64,000 nucleotides of DNA from a virus (Duplodnaviria > Caudoviricetes), in the IMG/VR virus record IMGVR_UViG_3300034111_000674, positions 10,243-74,242 of that record. One strand, 5' to 3'. Made by a program: the position numbers and the translations under genes. Shown piece by piece: positions 20,901 to 31,500 of this stretch (positions are counted from its first letter, which is position 1; every line of letters begins with the position of its first letter). The notes below the pieces were generated by a model. It worked only from the letters and a program-made list of their open reading frames with translations. It ran no database searches and was not told where the DNA came from.

Positions 20901-23900
20901 TCATACAACAAAGTCAATATTGATGAATATAATTTATCAGATACTTTAGTTAATAGCTTAAATAAAGTATCAGTAGATCAGTTTAATATTGCAGAAATAG
21001 TACAAACTAACTTTACTAAAACTATAGTTCCAGATATTTTTAGTATATCAGACACAACTTCAGTACAAGCTGATTTTTATAGAAATCCAACAGATCCAAC
21101 TAATTTGGGCGATCTAGTTGCCAGGTTAGTAGGTAAACCTTTAGAAGAAATAACTAATTTAACAGATATATTATCAGTTACTGTTAACTACTTTAGGTCA
21201 TTTATTGACGATACTAATATATCCGATTCTCCAATACTAATAGTTAATTACAATCCTGAGTACGATGATTTATTGGTAGGTACAGATTTTACTGAATTTG
21301 AAGCTGAATTTTATAGAGAACCTGAAGAACCTTTAAACATAATTGATACTTCACAATATGATCTGTCCAAGCTACTATTAGATGAGTATAATATTAGTGA
21401 TTTCTATATAAGTACATACAATAAATTTGTAACAGATCAGTCAAATGTATCGGATAACTATACTAGAGTAGTATCGTTTAGTAGAGAGTTTACTGACAAT
21501 GTAGGTGTTGCCGACAATATTAATAGTGGAAGCTATATAGGTGATACTGGGTATTTTAACTATTCTAAATTTTTAGTAGAGCAAACTACTGTTCAAGAGC
21601 TTATAGTAAGTGATATTGACAAACCACTACCTGTGAATCAATATAACATAAATGACGCCATCTCTAATGATATTAGTAAAATCCCAGAAGATCTAACAAA
21701 TATATCGGACTTAACAGCAATTCAAGCAGAGTTTATTAGAACACCAGAAGATATTAACAATATATCTGAAAGTGCAATTATAGAGTACAGTTCAGAATTG
21801 TCAGATAGCTATGTTATATCAGAGGATATAATAAACACTGTTGAAAAGCCATTCTTAGACTACTACTACACAACAGATGTAACTGTATATGTGGTAGACA
21901 AAGTTACTGAAGATATCACAGAAATACAAGAAGTAGCAGAAACTCAAGTAGATTTTTACAGGGATCCACTTGATGAAAACAATATTATTGATATTTTTGA
22001 AAGTGTATTTGACAAACCAACAGAAGAATCTCTAAACAGTATCGACGTTATATCTTTTGCCACAGACTACTTTAGAGAAGCTTTAGACGACACTAGCTTA
22101 TCTGACGATACATTAATTATTAACAGTTTTATAAGAGATATTATTGATATCAATACGCTTTCTGACGAACTGTTGTCAGTTATTGATTATATTAGAGAAT
22201 TCGACGACGTCTTAGACCTACAGGAAATAGTAGAAAATACTGTATTAAAAGAACTAGAAGAAAGTTTTAATCTAGGAGATGAGGCTCTTTTATTAACAGA
22301 AGTTAATGTAACGGACAACTATGAGCTCTCGGATACGCTAGACACTGTTATATCATATGATAGAGAGTTATTAGAAGAGTTAAATCTAAGTGATGACATA
22401 GACGGCTCAGCCTTAGACGACGATCAAAACTTTAGTTACTTTAAAAATCTATCAGATACTTATAGTTTACTAGACAGTACCCTCAGTTCAGTAGATAAAG
22501 GTTTATCAGAGGAGTATTATACTCTATCCGACAATCTTCAATATGATATTAATAAAGCACCTTTAGATTACTACAATATATCAGAAACTTTTGACCGAGC
22601 AGCTGAATTCTATAGAGACTACAGCGATCAATTTAATGCAACAGACTTATTAGTATCTGCTACAGACTTCTATAGAAATCCAGAGGAAACAGCATCCTTA
22701 ACGGATAATACTATCTATAGTACGTTAAAAGTAGTAATTGACTCAAATAACATATCAGAAGATATAGCAAGTAGCATAAATAAACTACTATCAGAACAAA
22801 CAAATATTTTAGATACTGCTGCTACCAGCTTGTCTTTTATAAGAGATATAAGTGACAACATATTCTTTACAGATGATATAAATGGTTCGTCTGTTGATGA
22901 TAGTCAAAATTTTACATACTTTAAAAATATTACTGATCGAAATGATGTAGTTGACAGTTTTACAACCAGTACAATTAAAGCTATTCAAGATTCGTACACT
23001 TTATTTGAGGACTTACAAACCGCAGTAGAAAAGTCGATATCAGATACATACAGACTATCTGATACTTTATTAACATATGTGGTATCCATCAGAGAGTTTA
23101 CAGATTCTTACTATATTGCAGAATTAATTAGTGTAGGCAGTAACAAAGTATTTACTGACCAATACACTTTAAGTGATACTACAACTCAAACTGTAAATTA
23201 TAGCAGACTAGTAACAGATCAATCTAATATATTCGATCAATTTGACAGGCAGGTCAACTATGTACCTAGCCATACAGATCAGTATAGGGTATTAGATAAC
23301 GTATCCGTAAATGTTGAATTTAATAAATCTTACGAAGACCTATACTCTGCTGTAGATATACTATCCTTGGCTTTAAACAGTGTTACAATTGACCAGTACA
23401 ATATAAATGATACTATTGCACTATCCTCCAATAAGACAGTACTAGATCTAACCAATATTTCTGATAGCCTTGACACTGCTACATCATTTGCAAGAACTAT
23501 ATTAGATCAGATAAACTTTTCTGACAATATTGGTGGTGCTACAATTAGTGATGGTTCAAATTTCAAGTATTCTAAAAATGAAATTGATCAATATTTTGTA
23601 CAGGAATTACTAGCGTATCAAGTTAACAAAGTAGTCTCAGATCAATTTAACACTACTGATATAACAGCACTTGATACTAATAAATCCGTTATAGATGTAT
23701 ATTCTGTAACTGATTCTATAAGCAGACAAACTGACTACATCAGAAATATATTAGATCAGCAATATGTGAGCGACACGGTTGATACTCTGTTAGTAGTTAT
23801 CAGGGAGTTTATCGACTTACCACTCGTTCAAGACATTCCTTTAATTGACTTTAACGTTGGAATTTCCGATAGTTATAATACAGTTGATGAGATATCTAAT

Positions 23901-26354
23901 ACTGTTAACAAACGATTAAATGATCAAACTATTACAACAGATAGTTTGAATACTGTATTAAGTTTTGATAGAAACTTTACTGATCAGATAAATACTTCTG
24001 ATAATCTGAGCGGATCTTCTGTAGACGACAACCAAAATTTCATTTACTTTAAAGATATACAAGATCAAACTAGCACTATAGATTACACGGCTATTAGTAC
24101 TGTAAATTACCTTTATGACCAACAAGAGGTTGCTGAAGATATATCACTATTTGCTGGCAAAACAATAAGTGATGTTTACGTAGCCAGTGACGTTTTAGAA
24201 AGAACAGCCGAGTACTACAGAAGTCTTACAGATCAATTTAGTACTTCAGATACTGTATCTACTCAATCAGCATTTTTTAGATCGCTGTCTGATAACTACA
24301 GTTTGTTTGATGTACTAGTAACTGCGACAACATCAGCGCAGGCAGATCAGTTTATAGTAAATGACTCGTCTGAATTTTCTGCATTAAAATCTTTAACAGA
24401 TCAAGGAAGTTTGTCTGATTCGTTTACCAGAGTTTTAGAGTACAATCAATCCTTAATTGATCAGATAAATTTTTCTGACAATATTGGTGGAGCTACAATT
24501 AGTGATGGGTCAAACTTCAAGTATTCAAAAAATGAAACTGATCAATATCTAATATTAGAAATAATATCTAATGATGCAAATAAGGGAGTTTTAGATAGTC
24601 AAGATATACTAGATTATCAAGAGCTATTTGTAAATAAAGGACCACTCGATCAAAGTAGTCTATTAGATAATATTTTAATAGATTCAGAATTTGACAGAGT
24701 TTTTACTGATCAAGCGGGATCATCCGACAGTATCGGTTTTCAAAATAATTTTTATAGACTTTTTGACGACCAGTACAGTATACTGGATTCTATAACTACT
24801 AGTAGCAATAAGCAGTCCTTGGATCAGCTAAATATAGAAGATGGTCAGTACTACACGGTATTTAAAGAATTATTAGATACAAGTATTTTATCTGACGACC
24901 TATCTATTGATTCGGAGTTTTACAGAAGTTTACTGGATGTACCTAGAGTAACTCAGCTGATTTCCTTACAAAATAATTTTAATAGAGATTTTGAAGACCA
25001 ATACACTGTATCAGATTTTGTAAATGTTGTTCCTAACAAAGCAACTATTGAAGAAATAGGTCTTTTAGATACTCAGTATTTTGATATATTAAGAGCACCC
25101 ACAGATACTCTTAATATAGAAGAATTAACAGAAATATCCTACAACATAGGCTTTTTTGATCAGGTATATGCGTTTGAGAAATTCAGCGAAAAAGATGCGT
25201 ACGAATTTGAGTTTAATAAAATTAGTGACTACTTGTTCAACGATATTAGTAAAGTTCAAACAGATCAAACCAGCCTGTCTGATTTTGTACTTGCAGATGT
25301 CACTTTTGACAGAGAAATTACAGAAACTGCAAGCATAGAAGAGACTATATCCCTGAGACCAAGAATAAGGCTACCAGATTTACTTGTAAGTAAAATATCT
25401 TGGGCAATGTATACTCAAGATTATACAGGTGGTTATTTTGCAGAAATGTATCTTGAGGGTACTGGCAGAGAGTATGACGGCACTTATTATAATCTCTACG
25501 AGACGTATAAAGATAAGTATAATATTACTGATGTAGCTTCTTTAAGTACACTCTATAATAGGCCGGCTACAGAAAACACAAGTGTATCTGAAGATTTATT
25601 TATTGATAACAATGTATCGCCTATAGAAAATCCACTGAACTTTAATGATAATTTATATAATGTTATAACCAAAAACATTTTTGATGAAATTAATCTAAGT
25701 GAAAATCTAATAACGCTGGGTACAGGTGACGCATCGCCGGCTGATTCATACGGTATTTCTGACAACCTGTATTATAACACTGAAAAAACTATAGTGGACC
25801 AATACAGTATATCAGACTCTATATTGCTTGCTTATATTTCTGGTGTACCACTAGAGGATATTATAAGTTTGACAGATTCCTTGTTTAATACAATAAACAA
25901 GAATTTGATAGATCAGCTAAACATAGCTGATGAGATATCAACACAAAGTGATAGCAGTACCACTTCGACAGACAGTTATAATATTGTAGACACTGTTTAT
26001 CATACAACTGATAAACTATACGAAGATATTACTAATACTACAGATACCTATTACAGCGAAATAGTTAAAAGTATATTAGACCAATTAAATATATCTGATT
26101 TTACAACAATAGAAAAATCTGAGAATGCTGCTCCACAGGATAGTTCTAGTATTACAGATACAACATATTGCATTGTAGACAAGAGTATATTAGATCAATA
26201 TAATATAGTAGATTCTTTATTAATCAACTGTATTTTTGACAGACAGATAGTAGATACTACAAGTGTTACATCTGATGGAATTATTTCCAACCAAAACTAT
26301 GTTGCCGACTACTTTCAAGAAGGCTATATAGGAACATCATTGACATTTACATAA
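17976..26354 (+). CDS. Giant acidic repeat protein (2792 aa), probable virion fibre/appendage
   Basis: N-terminal 22-aa repeats, then >100 degenerate 18/20-aa DxxxISD units; lies among structural genes. Confidence 0.75.
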   Translation: MLLTLFKGDGAGLGVVNGNLSATESGSDVGAITAKLLVKGSSITTETGSDTIAMIVKVSVKASISATETESDIAAITGKILVGGSISATETESDIAAITGNTGTSGSISATETESDIAVITGKILVGGSISATETESDIAAITGKILVGGSISATETESDIAAITGKILVGGSISATETESDIAAITGNTGTSGSISATETESDIAAITGKILVGGSISATETESDIAAITGNTGTSGSISATETESDIAAITGKILVGGSISATETEQDIFAGSVSTAPAIEVIKQYGRTAATYTLGVFLYDEKILITAEPLSSLSVAITYVSKTKASSIYHPDKATAEIISPNTALDVYFTTTKLSEILTYGKIDSVAADGIFLPELERIPVEVVQFSDSLFRVTFRDIEEESEILEIYETFLEKPLTDTYTTEDYLDTQTDYYRDQVDFTSISSDILINMLYDNYLSDQYSTVDQLSNTTVKSLEDQYSISDSFTYVNITGVIDQFVTQDLLTTEYTKVVIDQYNISDIVSTQLSYFKDFADEYNVSDLVSNNPQKVVEDSYSITDNTIYSIEKIVLDPASISDNLSRIVDFNPSIIDQLNLSDNIGETQIDDGTTFKYSKDETDQYFISDIQYSLITKPVIDQYNIADQVFSDIAKIVADQYNISDSLNRSLDFYRDQTDQSNILDIQYSLIAKQESESTQFTESNITSVNKIVQEQTNIQEIVDKQLDKLSIDYFNIGSSISTQKDFFRDFSETNNISDIARQLVSKSTQEEFNVSDTYVSVINFLRQPVENPVISDQLVSTTDFLRNPTDVGRISDNLNYIANFFRAPEDPVNLLEIVNYSVVKVLTDTYSLEEVISNQVGKPLTDSYQISDITSTVVEYTREFLEGLNLSDDINGAATDDDQNVIYFKNPSDEYNASDELYSSINKAVQEQYSILDIIFSSVLKPVQDQYSVSDIVFTETNYIRVQEDITNVDDSRFYSYNKVNIDEYNLSDTLVNSLNKVSVDQFNIAEIVQTNFTKTIVPDIFSISDTTSVQADFYRNPTDPTNLGDLVARLVGKPLEEITNLTDILSVTVNYFRSFIDDTNISDSPILIVNYNPEYDDLLVGTDFTEFEAEFYREPEEPLNIIDTSQYDLSKLLLDEYNISDFYISTYNKFVTDQSNVSDNYTRVVSFSREFTDNVGVADNINSGSYIGDTGYFNYSKFLVEQTTVQELIVSDIDKPLPVNQYNINDAISNDISKIPEDLTNISDLTAIQAEFIRTPEDINNISESAIIEYSSELSDSYVISEDIINTVEKPFLDYYYTTDVTVYVVDKVTEDITEIQEVAETQVDFYRDPLDENNIIDIFESVFDKPTEESLNSIDVISFATDYFREALDDTSLSDDTLIINSFIRDIIDINTLSDELLSVIDYIREFDDVLDLQEIVENTVLKELEESFNLGDEALLLTEVNVTDNYELSDTLDTVISYDRELLEELNLSDDIDGSALDDDQNFSYFKNLSDTYSLLDSTLSSVDKGLSEEYYTLSDNLQYDINKAPLDYYNISETFDRAAEFYRDYSDQFNATDLLVSATDFYRNPEETASLTDNTIYSTLKVVIDSNNISEDIASSINKLLSEQTNILDTAATSLSFIRDISDNIFFTDDINGSSVDDSQNFTYFKNITDRNDVVDSFTTSTIKAIQDSYTLFEDLQTAVEKSISDTYRLSDTLLTYVVSIREFTDSYYIAELISVGSNKVFTDQYTLSDTTTQTVNYSRLVTDQSNIFDQFDRQVNYVPSHTDQYRVLDNVSVNVEFNKSYEDLYSAVDILSLALNSVTIDQYNINDTIALSSNKTVLDLTNISDSLDTATSFARTILDQINFSDNIGGATISDGSNFKYSKNEIDQYFVQELLAYQVNKVVSDQFNTTDITALDTNKSVIDVYSVTDSISRQTDYIRNILDQQYVSDTVDTLLVVIREFIDLPLVQDIPLIDFNVGISDSYNTVDEISNTVNKRLNDQTITTDSLNTVLSFDRNFTDQINTSDNLSGSSVDDNQNFIYFKDIQDQTSTIDYTAISTVNYLYDQQEVAEDISLFAGKTISDVYVASDVLERTAEYYRSLTDQFSTSDTVSTQSAFFRSLSDNYSLFDVLVTATTSAQADQFIVNDSSEFSALKSLTDQGSLSDSFTRVLEYNQSLIDQINFSDNIGGATISDGSNFKYSKNETDQYLILEIISNDANKGVLDSQDILDYQELFVNKGPLDQSSLLDNILIDSEFDRVFTDQAGSSDSIGFQNNFYRLFDDQYSILDSITTSSNKQSLDQLNIEDGQYYTVFKELLDTSILSDDLSIDSEFYRSLLDVPRVTQLISLQNNFNRDFEDQYTVSDFVNVVPNKATIEEIGLLDTQYFDILRAPTDTLNIEELTEISYNIGFFDQVYAFEKFSEKDAYEFEFNKISDYLFNDISKVQTDQTSLSDFVLADVTFDREITETASIEETISLRPRIRLPDLLVSKISWAMYTQDYTGGYFAEMYLEGTGREYDGTYYNLYETYKDKYNITDVASLSTLYNRPATENTSVSEDLFIDNNVSPIENPLNFNDNLYNVITKNIFDEINLSENLITLGTGDASPADSYGISDNLYYNTEKTIVDQYSISDSILLAYISGVPLEDIISLTDSLFNTINKNLIDQLNIADEISTQSDSSTTSTDSYNIVDTVYHTTDKLYEDITNTTDTYYSEIVKSILDQLNISDFTTIEKSENAAPQDSSSITDTTYCIVDKSILDQYNIVDSLLINCIFDRQIVDTTSVTSDGIISNQNYVADYFQEGYIGTSLTFT
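18144..18790 (+). repeat. ~10 x 66-bp tandem repeat (22 aa: xxxxxGSISATETESDIAAITG)
   Basis: Units start at 18144 + n*66; two head variants, KILVGG and NTGTSG. Confidence 0.95.
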
Positions 26355-26368
26355 ACAGAAGGGTTTCT

Positions 26369-26824
26369 ATGATTTTAGAAAATTTGAAACTAAGCGGTAA
26401 GTTAAACATAGTAATTAAAGACCAAGACGGTTCTGTTAAAGACCAGGTAGAGGTAGATAACTTAGTAGTTACTGCCGGTCTTACTTTTATCGCCAGCCGT
26501 ATGGGCGGCACAACACAAGCAGTGATGAGCCACATGGGTGTTGGTTCCGGTACAACTGCTGCAGCGGCTGGTCAAACAGACTTGGTATCTATTGTTGGCT
26601 CACGCGTAGCATTAACCAGCACAACACCTGGAACTAGTAATATTGTATATGTTGCTAGCTTTGGTGCTGGCGTAAGTACAGGCGCCATTACAGAAGCAGG
26701 TATTTTTAATAATGCCACAGCTGGCAGCGGTACTATGTTATGCAGAACTACTTTCGCTGTTATCAATAAAGGTGCTAACGACACCATGACTGTTACTTGG
26801 ACAGTTAGTTTAGTAGCCGTTTAA
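26369..26824 (+). CDS. Putative tail collar/fibre-anchor protein (151 aa)
   Basis: NLVVTAGL...MGVGSGTTAA...ITEAGIFN...MLCRTTF pattern of tail-collar fibre-like proteins. Confidence 0.5.
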   Translation: MILENLKLSGKLNIVIKDQDGSVKDQVEVDNLVVTAGLTFIASRMGGTTQAVMSHMGVGSGTTAAAAGQTDLVSIVGSRVALTSTTPGTSNIVYVASFGAGVSTGAITEAGIFNNATAGSGTMLCRTTFAVINKGANDTMTVTWTVSLVAV

Positions 26825-26834
26825 TATCTCGCAT

Positions 26835-26863
26835 AAAGGACCACCTGCAAAGGTGGTCCTTTT
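26835..26863 (+). terminator. Rho-independent terminator
   Basis: AAAGGACCACCT-GCAA-AGGTGGTCCTTTT. Confidence 0.85.
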
Positions 26864-26900
26864 ATTGCAAAATATTTAATAAATAACACGAGCAGGATTT

Positions 26901-27242
26901 ATGGCAAATATACTTTATAGAGAAACTACAACGCCTACTTTGCCTTCTTCTACCTCGGCAAAAGGCACACCACTAACCAACCTAGAGCTGGACGCTAATT
27001 TTAGATCTCTCAATGATGCAAAATTAGAAGGCATAGTACCTGTTGTTAACGGTGGTACAGGTGTTGTAACAATACCCGCTAATGCAGTAGTTATTGGAGC
27101 CGGTACCGATCCAATAACTAGCGTATCTCCGGGTACGGCAGGAAATGTTTTAACAAGCAATGGTACTACGTGGTCGTCGACTGCACCGGGCGGTGTTACT
27201 ACTGGTAAGGCTATAGCCATGGCTATTGTTTTTGGTTCTTAA
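26901..27242 (+). CDS. Short fibre-like virion protein (113 aa)
   Basis: KGTPLTNLELDANF fibre N-terminal motif; GNVLTSNGTTW. Confidence 0.55.
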   Translation: MANILYRETTTPTLPSSTSAKGTPLTNLELDANFRSLNDAKLEGIVPVVNGGTGVVTIPANAVVIGAGTDPITSVSPGTAGNVLTSNGTTWSSTAPGGVTTGKAIAMAIVFGS

Positions 27243-27251
27243 GGAGTATCT

Positions 27252-27644
27252 ATGGCTAATCCAAACATTGTAAACGTATCTTCTATATTTGCTAATACCA
27301 CATATTTAACACCATCAGTAACAACTGCTGTGGTATTGCTGCCTAATGCGGCAGCTTCAAATAAAGTACTAAAAATCAATCAAATAGTAGTAGCTAATAC
27401 TACTGGTATAGCTGCAAATACCACTGTTAGCATTTACACCAACGGAGCTGTAGCGCAAGGTTCGGCACCAAGTGGTGGTACAGCTTTTTCTATTGTATCA
27501 GGCGTACCAGTACCAGGTAGTGCTTCATTAATAGTAGTAGACAAGTCTACAGGTATCTATCTTCAAGAAGGGGTATCTATTGTTGTAACCTCCGGAACCG
27601 CAAGCGCCCTAACCTATAGTATATCCTATGAAGATATTAGTTAA
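27252..27644 (+). CDS. Conserved small virion-associated protein (130 aa)
   Basis: MANPNIVNV... family recurrent in aquatic phage fibre clusters; AGGAG SD. Confidence 0.55.
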   Translation: MANPNIVNVSSIFANTTYLTPSVTTAVVLLPNAAASNKVLKINQIVVANTTGIAANTTVSIYTNGAVAQGSAPSGGTAFSIVSGVPVPGSASLIVVDKSTGIYLQEGVSIVVTSGTASALTYSISYEDIS

Positions 27645-27652
27645 GGAACACT

Positions 27653-28510
27653 ATGTCAACAAGATATTTAGGTGCCGCATTAACTTCTAGTTTACAGACC
27701 CCTACCACAAATCCCAACAGTGTATGGAACACACGTGAAGAGCTGAGATATATACAAGAAGGTACTTGGGCACCCCTTGTTGTAGACTGTTTATTGGTAG
27801 GCGGTGGTGGTGGTGGTGGTGGGCCGGGTACCAACGTAAGTGGTGGTGGTGGTGGCGCTGGTGGATTTTTATTACAAAAATTAATTTTAACACCTGGAGC
27901 AATTTATACCATTATAATAGGGGTCGGCGGAGCAGGTGCCCCCGGAACAAATCTTCCAGGATTTAAGGGCGGTAATACTACTATAAGTGGTCCCAAAATC
28001 AATCTAGTGGCATACGGCGGTGCTCCTGGAATGATATTTCCAAATGCATACCCAGGCGGCCCTATAGGTGGTAGTGGCAGCGGGGTTAGTGGAAACAGCG
28101 GCGGCGGCCACAGTGGTAACGGTCCTGTAGGGTTTGGAACATTTGGACAAGGCTTTGACGGATCACTGGGAACTGGCGTTCTAGGAAGTACTGGTTGTAG
28201 TGGCGGAGGAGGCGGAGGTGCTGGAGGTCCTGGAACTATAGCGGCCGGAGGACCGGGTAGATTAAGTTCTATTACTGGAAATCTAGTTGTGTATGCAAGT
28301 GGAGGAATTGATACAGTTATATCGGGAGCTGCCAATAGAGGCAATGGAGGCGGCGGTGGCAGCGGCACGCCGGGCGCAAGTGGCGGCAGCGGTATAGCTG
28401 TTATAAGAGCACAAGTAACAGCACGTTCTACAACTGGGTCTCCAATAATTACAACTGTGGGATCGTCTACTGTTTATACTTTTACAGGTAGTGGTACAAT
28501 AACTTTTTAA
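27653..28510 (+). CDS. Glycine-rich-domain virion protein (285 aa)
   Basis: LLVGGGGGGGG...GGGGGAGG...GGSGIAVIR pattern. Confidence 0.65.
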   Translation: MSTRYLGAALTSSLQTPTTNPNSVWNTREELRYIQEGTWAPLVVDCLLVGGGGGGGGPGTNVSGGGGGAGGFLLQKLILTPGAIYTIIIGVGGAGAPGTNLPGFKGGNTTISGPKINLVAYGGAPGMIFPNAYPGGPIGGSGSGVSGNSGGGHSGNGPVGFGTFGQGFDGSLGTGVLGSTGCSGGGGGGAGGPGTIAAGGPGRLSSITGNLVVYASGGIDTVISGAANRGNGGGGGSGTPGASGGSGIAVIRAQVTARSTTGSPIITTVGSSTVYTFTGSGTITF

Positions 28511-28513
28511 ATT

Positions 28514-31500
28514 ATGAGCAAACAATATCCAGGTGGTTATATAACCAAACTAGCTAGTACTCCAAACATAATATCTGCTCCAGGTATTTGGACCCTAGAT
28601 CAGGCTGCCCAGTATATATCTGACGATAGTTGGCCAGGACTGCCTTCAGATCCAAATTTTAATAACGTAACACTGTTGTTAAACGGCAACAACATTCAAG
28701 GCAGGTCTAACAATTGTTTTATAGACTCCTCGCCTAGTAAAATGGCTTTTACTAGGTCTGGCAATACCACTCAGGGCAGTTTTAATCCACACGGCCCGCT
28801 GTGGTCAAACTATTTTGATGGCAATAATTATATCTATTATGATGTAACTACATCAAATGCCCCTGGAACCGATAATTTTTCAGTAGAATGTTTTGTAAAT
28901 GTTACAAATAATACTGAAAACAGGGGAATTTGCCAGTTCAGTGCCACCAGCACTGGTCTTCAGGGCAGTAGCAGTGCTACCTTGATGATGCAACTATATA
29001 ATGGTAATTGGTGGTACCATGCTGGTAATGAGAGCAGAGGTCCCTATGGTACTGTAGTGCCAAATAGGTGGTATCACGTTATAATAACAAGATTTAATTC
29101 AACAACTTATTTAATTGTAGATGGCACCGCACTACACGCTTTTGGAGATTCTACTAATTACAGTACTGCTCGTTACGTGGCAGTAGGTGGAGGTTATGCG
29201 AGTGGGTATTTAGGCAAATGTTACATCAGTAATTTTAGGTATATAAAAGGTTTCGCACCATATATTGGTGTTTCTTATTCCAGACCAACATCACCTCTTA
29301 CAAATGTTCAGGGAACTCAACTACTAACTTGTAATAGTAATAGAACCATAGATACTAGTCTTAATAACGTACCAGTAACCAGAAGTGGTACTACACTTGT
29401 TAAACGGCTAAGCCCATTTAACCCGCCTTCAAAATACGAAACTTCTAACAGTGACATTGGTTGGTCTAATTTTTTTAATATTAACACAGATCATTTGCAG
29501 ATACCTTATTCATCACAATTTGCTTTTGATACCGGCGACTTTACAGTTGAGTGCTGGGTAAATTTTAATTCCAGAAGCACGACATTTTCACCTATAATAA
29601 TGTTGGGTACTGGTGTTGATGCCATACCTGTTCAGCGATTAGCATCTTGGGCACTGTATGCAGATAATAGTGCTAATACATTGGTATTTAATAGATATAC
29701 TCCTACCAATATAGCCGTTAGTTTTTCTTGGACGCCTGTTTTAAATCGTTGGTACCATATAGCAGTGTCTAGAAGCGGCACCAGTTTTAGAGCTTTTATA
29801 GATGGTGCACAAATAGGAACTACACAAACATCTACAACTAATTACTCTGCTGTTAATACTTCAGATCCTTTAGTTATTAGTAGATTTATTGCTTCTGGCG
29901 GAGTTGTTTATGGCTTTAACGGTTATATTAGCAATGTTAGAGTACTAAAAGGTACCGCTGTATATACCAGTAATTTTTTACCTTCCACAACACCATTAAC
30001 TGCTATAACCAATACTGCTCTGTTAACCTGTAACAGCAGTACAATTGTAGATAATAGTACGAACAGTTTTTCTATAACCAGAAACGGCCTTATCCCTGTA
30101 GAAAAATTTAGTCCTTTTCACAGTTCAATAAATGAAAATACTGTCTTAACTCGCAGTGTTTATTTTAACGGTGCCTCTGTTATAACAGCTAGTAATACTG
30201 TAACAAATTTCGGAACAGGAGATTTTACAGTTGAGTGCTGGTTTCGGACTAATGTAATTGATACTAGCAGCGATACAATAATTTCTAATTATAATAATGC
30301 TAGTGGGGGTTCTATTGGAGTTTATATAAATAGAGGAACCAGTGGTGGTATACAGGTTTATCAAGGCACAGGTAATACATTGGTATTAAATGCACCAAGT
30401 GTTATTACTGCCACTAATACTTGGTATCACATTGCAGTTGCTAGATCAAGTGGGGTATCTAGGTTATTCCTTAATGGTATATTAATGACCACTGCTACAG
30501 ACACCAGCAATTATGGTATAGACAATTCTGTAGTTGCCATTGGAGGGGCAAGTGTAAATGGCGTTTATGGGAGCTTTTTTCAGGGGCTAATATCTAACCT
30601 ACGTGTGGTTAAAGGTACTGCTCTATACACAAATTTTACTCCGCCTACTGCACCTCTTACTGCTATTACTAATACTCAGTTGCTAACTTCTCAAAGTAAC
30701 CGCTTTGTAGACAATAGCAGCAACGCTTTTACGGTCACTAGTACCGGAGATACAAGCGTTCAACCATTTAGCCAATTTGCACCCACAGCATCGTGGAATG
30801 CTACTATTAATGGCGGTAGTGCGTACTTTGATGGTAGCGGAGATTACATTTCTGCACCTGCTTCGGGTTTTGCACTACCTGGAGATTTTACGGTAGAAGC
30901 ATGGGTTTATATTGCCGGTAACAGCCCTCTAGACGGTGCCAGTCAAAGAAGTGCTGTAATAGCATCTACTATGCAAACCAGCAATCCAGTTAGTGGATTT
31001 ACTTTTTACATTGGTGGTAATTCAGCAATTACTGGCATATTTCTAGCTGCCGAAATGCGTGTAGGTGGAATTGTTACAGGTTATAGTACATCAGTAAGCA
31101 TACCACAAGGGGTATGGAATCATATTGCTTTTGTAAGAACTGGCACAACATTAACCTATTATTTAAATGGTATAAATGTAGGTTCAAGCTCTGGTGTAAG
31201 TCAAAACATACCTGTAAATAATGCACTAACTATAGGTGGACAAACTGTTCCTTCGTATACGCGAGACTTAAATGGATATATATCAAATTTGCGTATAGTA
31301 AGCGGTACAGGAGTTTATACTGGTAACTTTACCCCACCCACTGCACTCCTTACTGCTATTACTAATACTAGTCTCCTGCTAAATTTCGCTAATGCAGGCA
31401 TTTACAACGCAGTGTCTAGCAATGTTATAGAGACTGTAGGCAATGCCCAAGTAAGCACTGTACAAAGCAAGTGGGGTGGGTCGTCTATTGCATTTGACGG

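Noticed and set aside
26864-26900. Promoter after terminator 26835-26863
   Set aside because: TTGCAA present but no -10 box at 17-bp spacing
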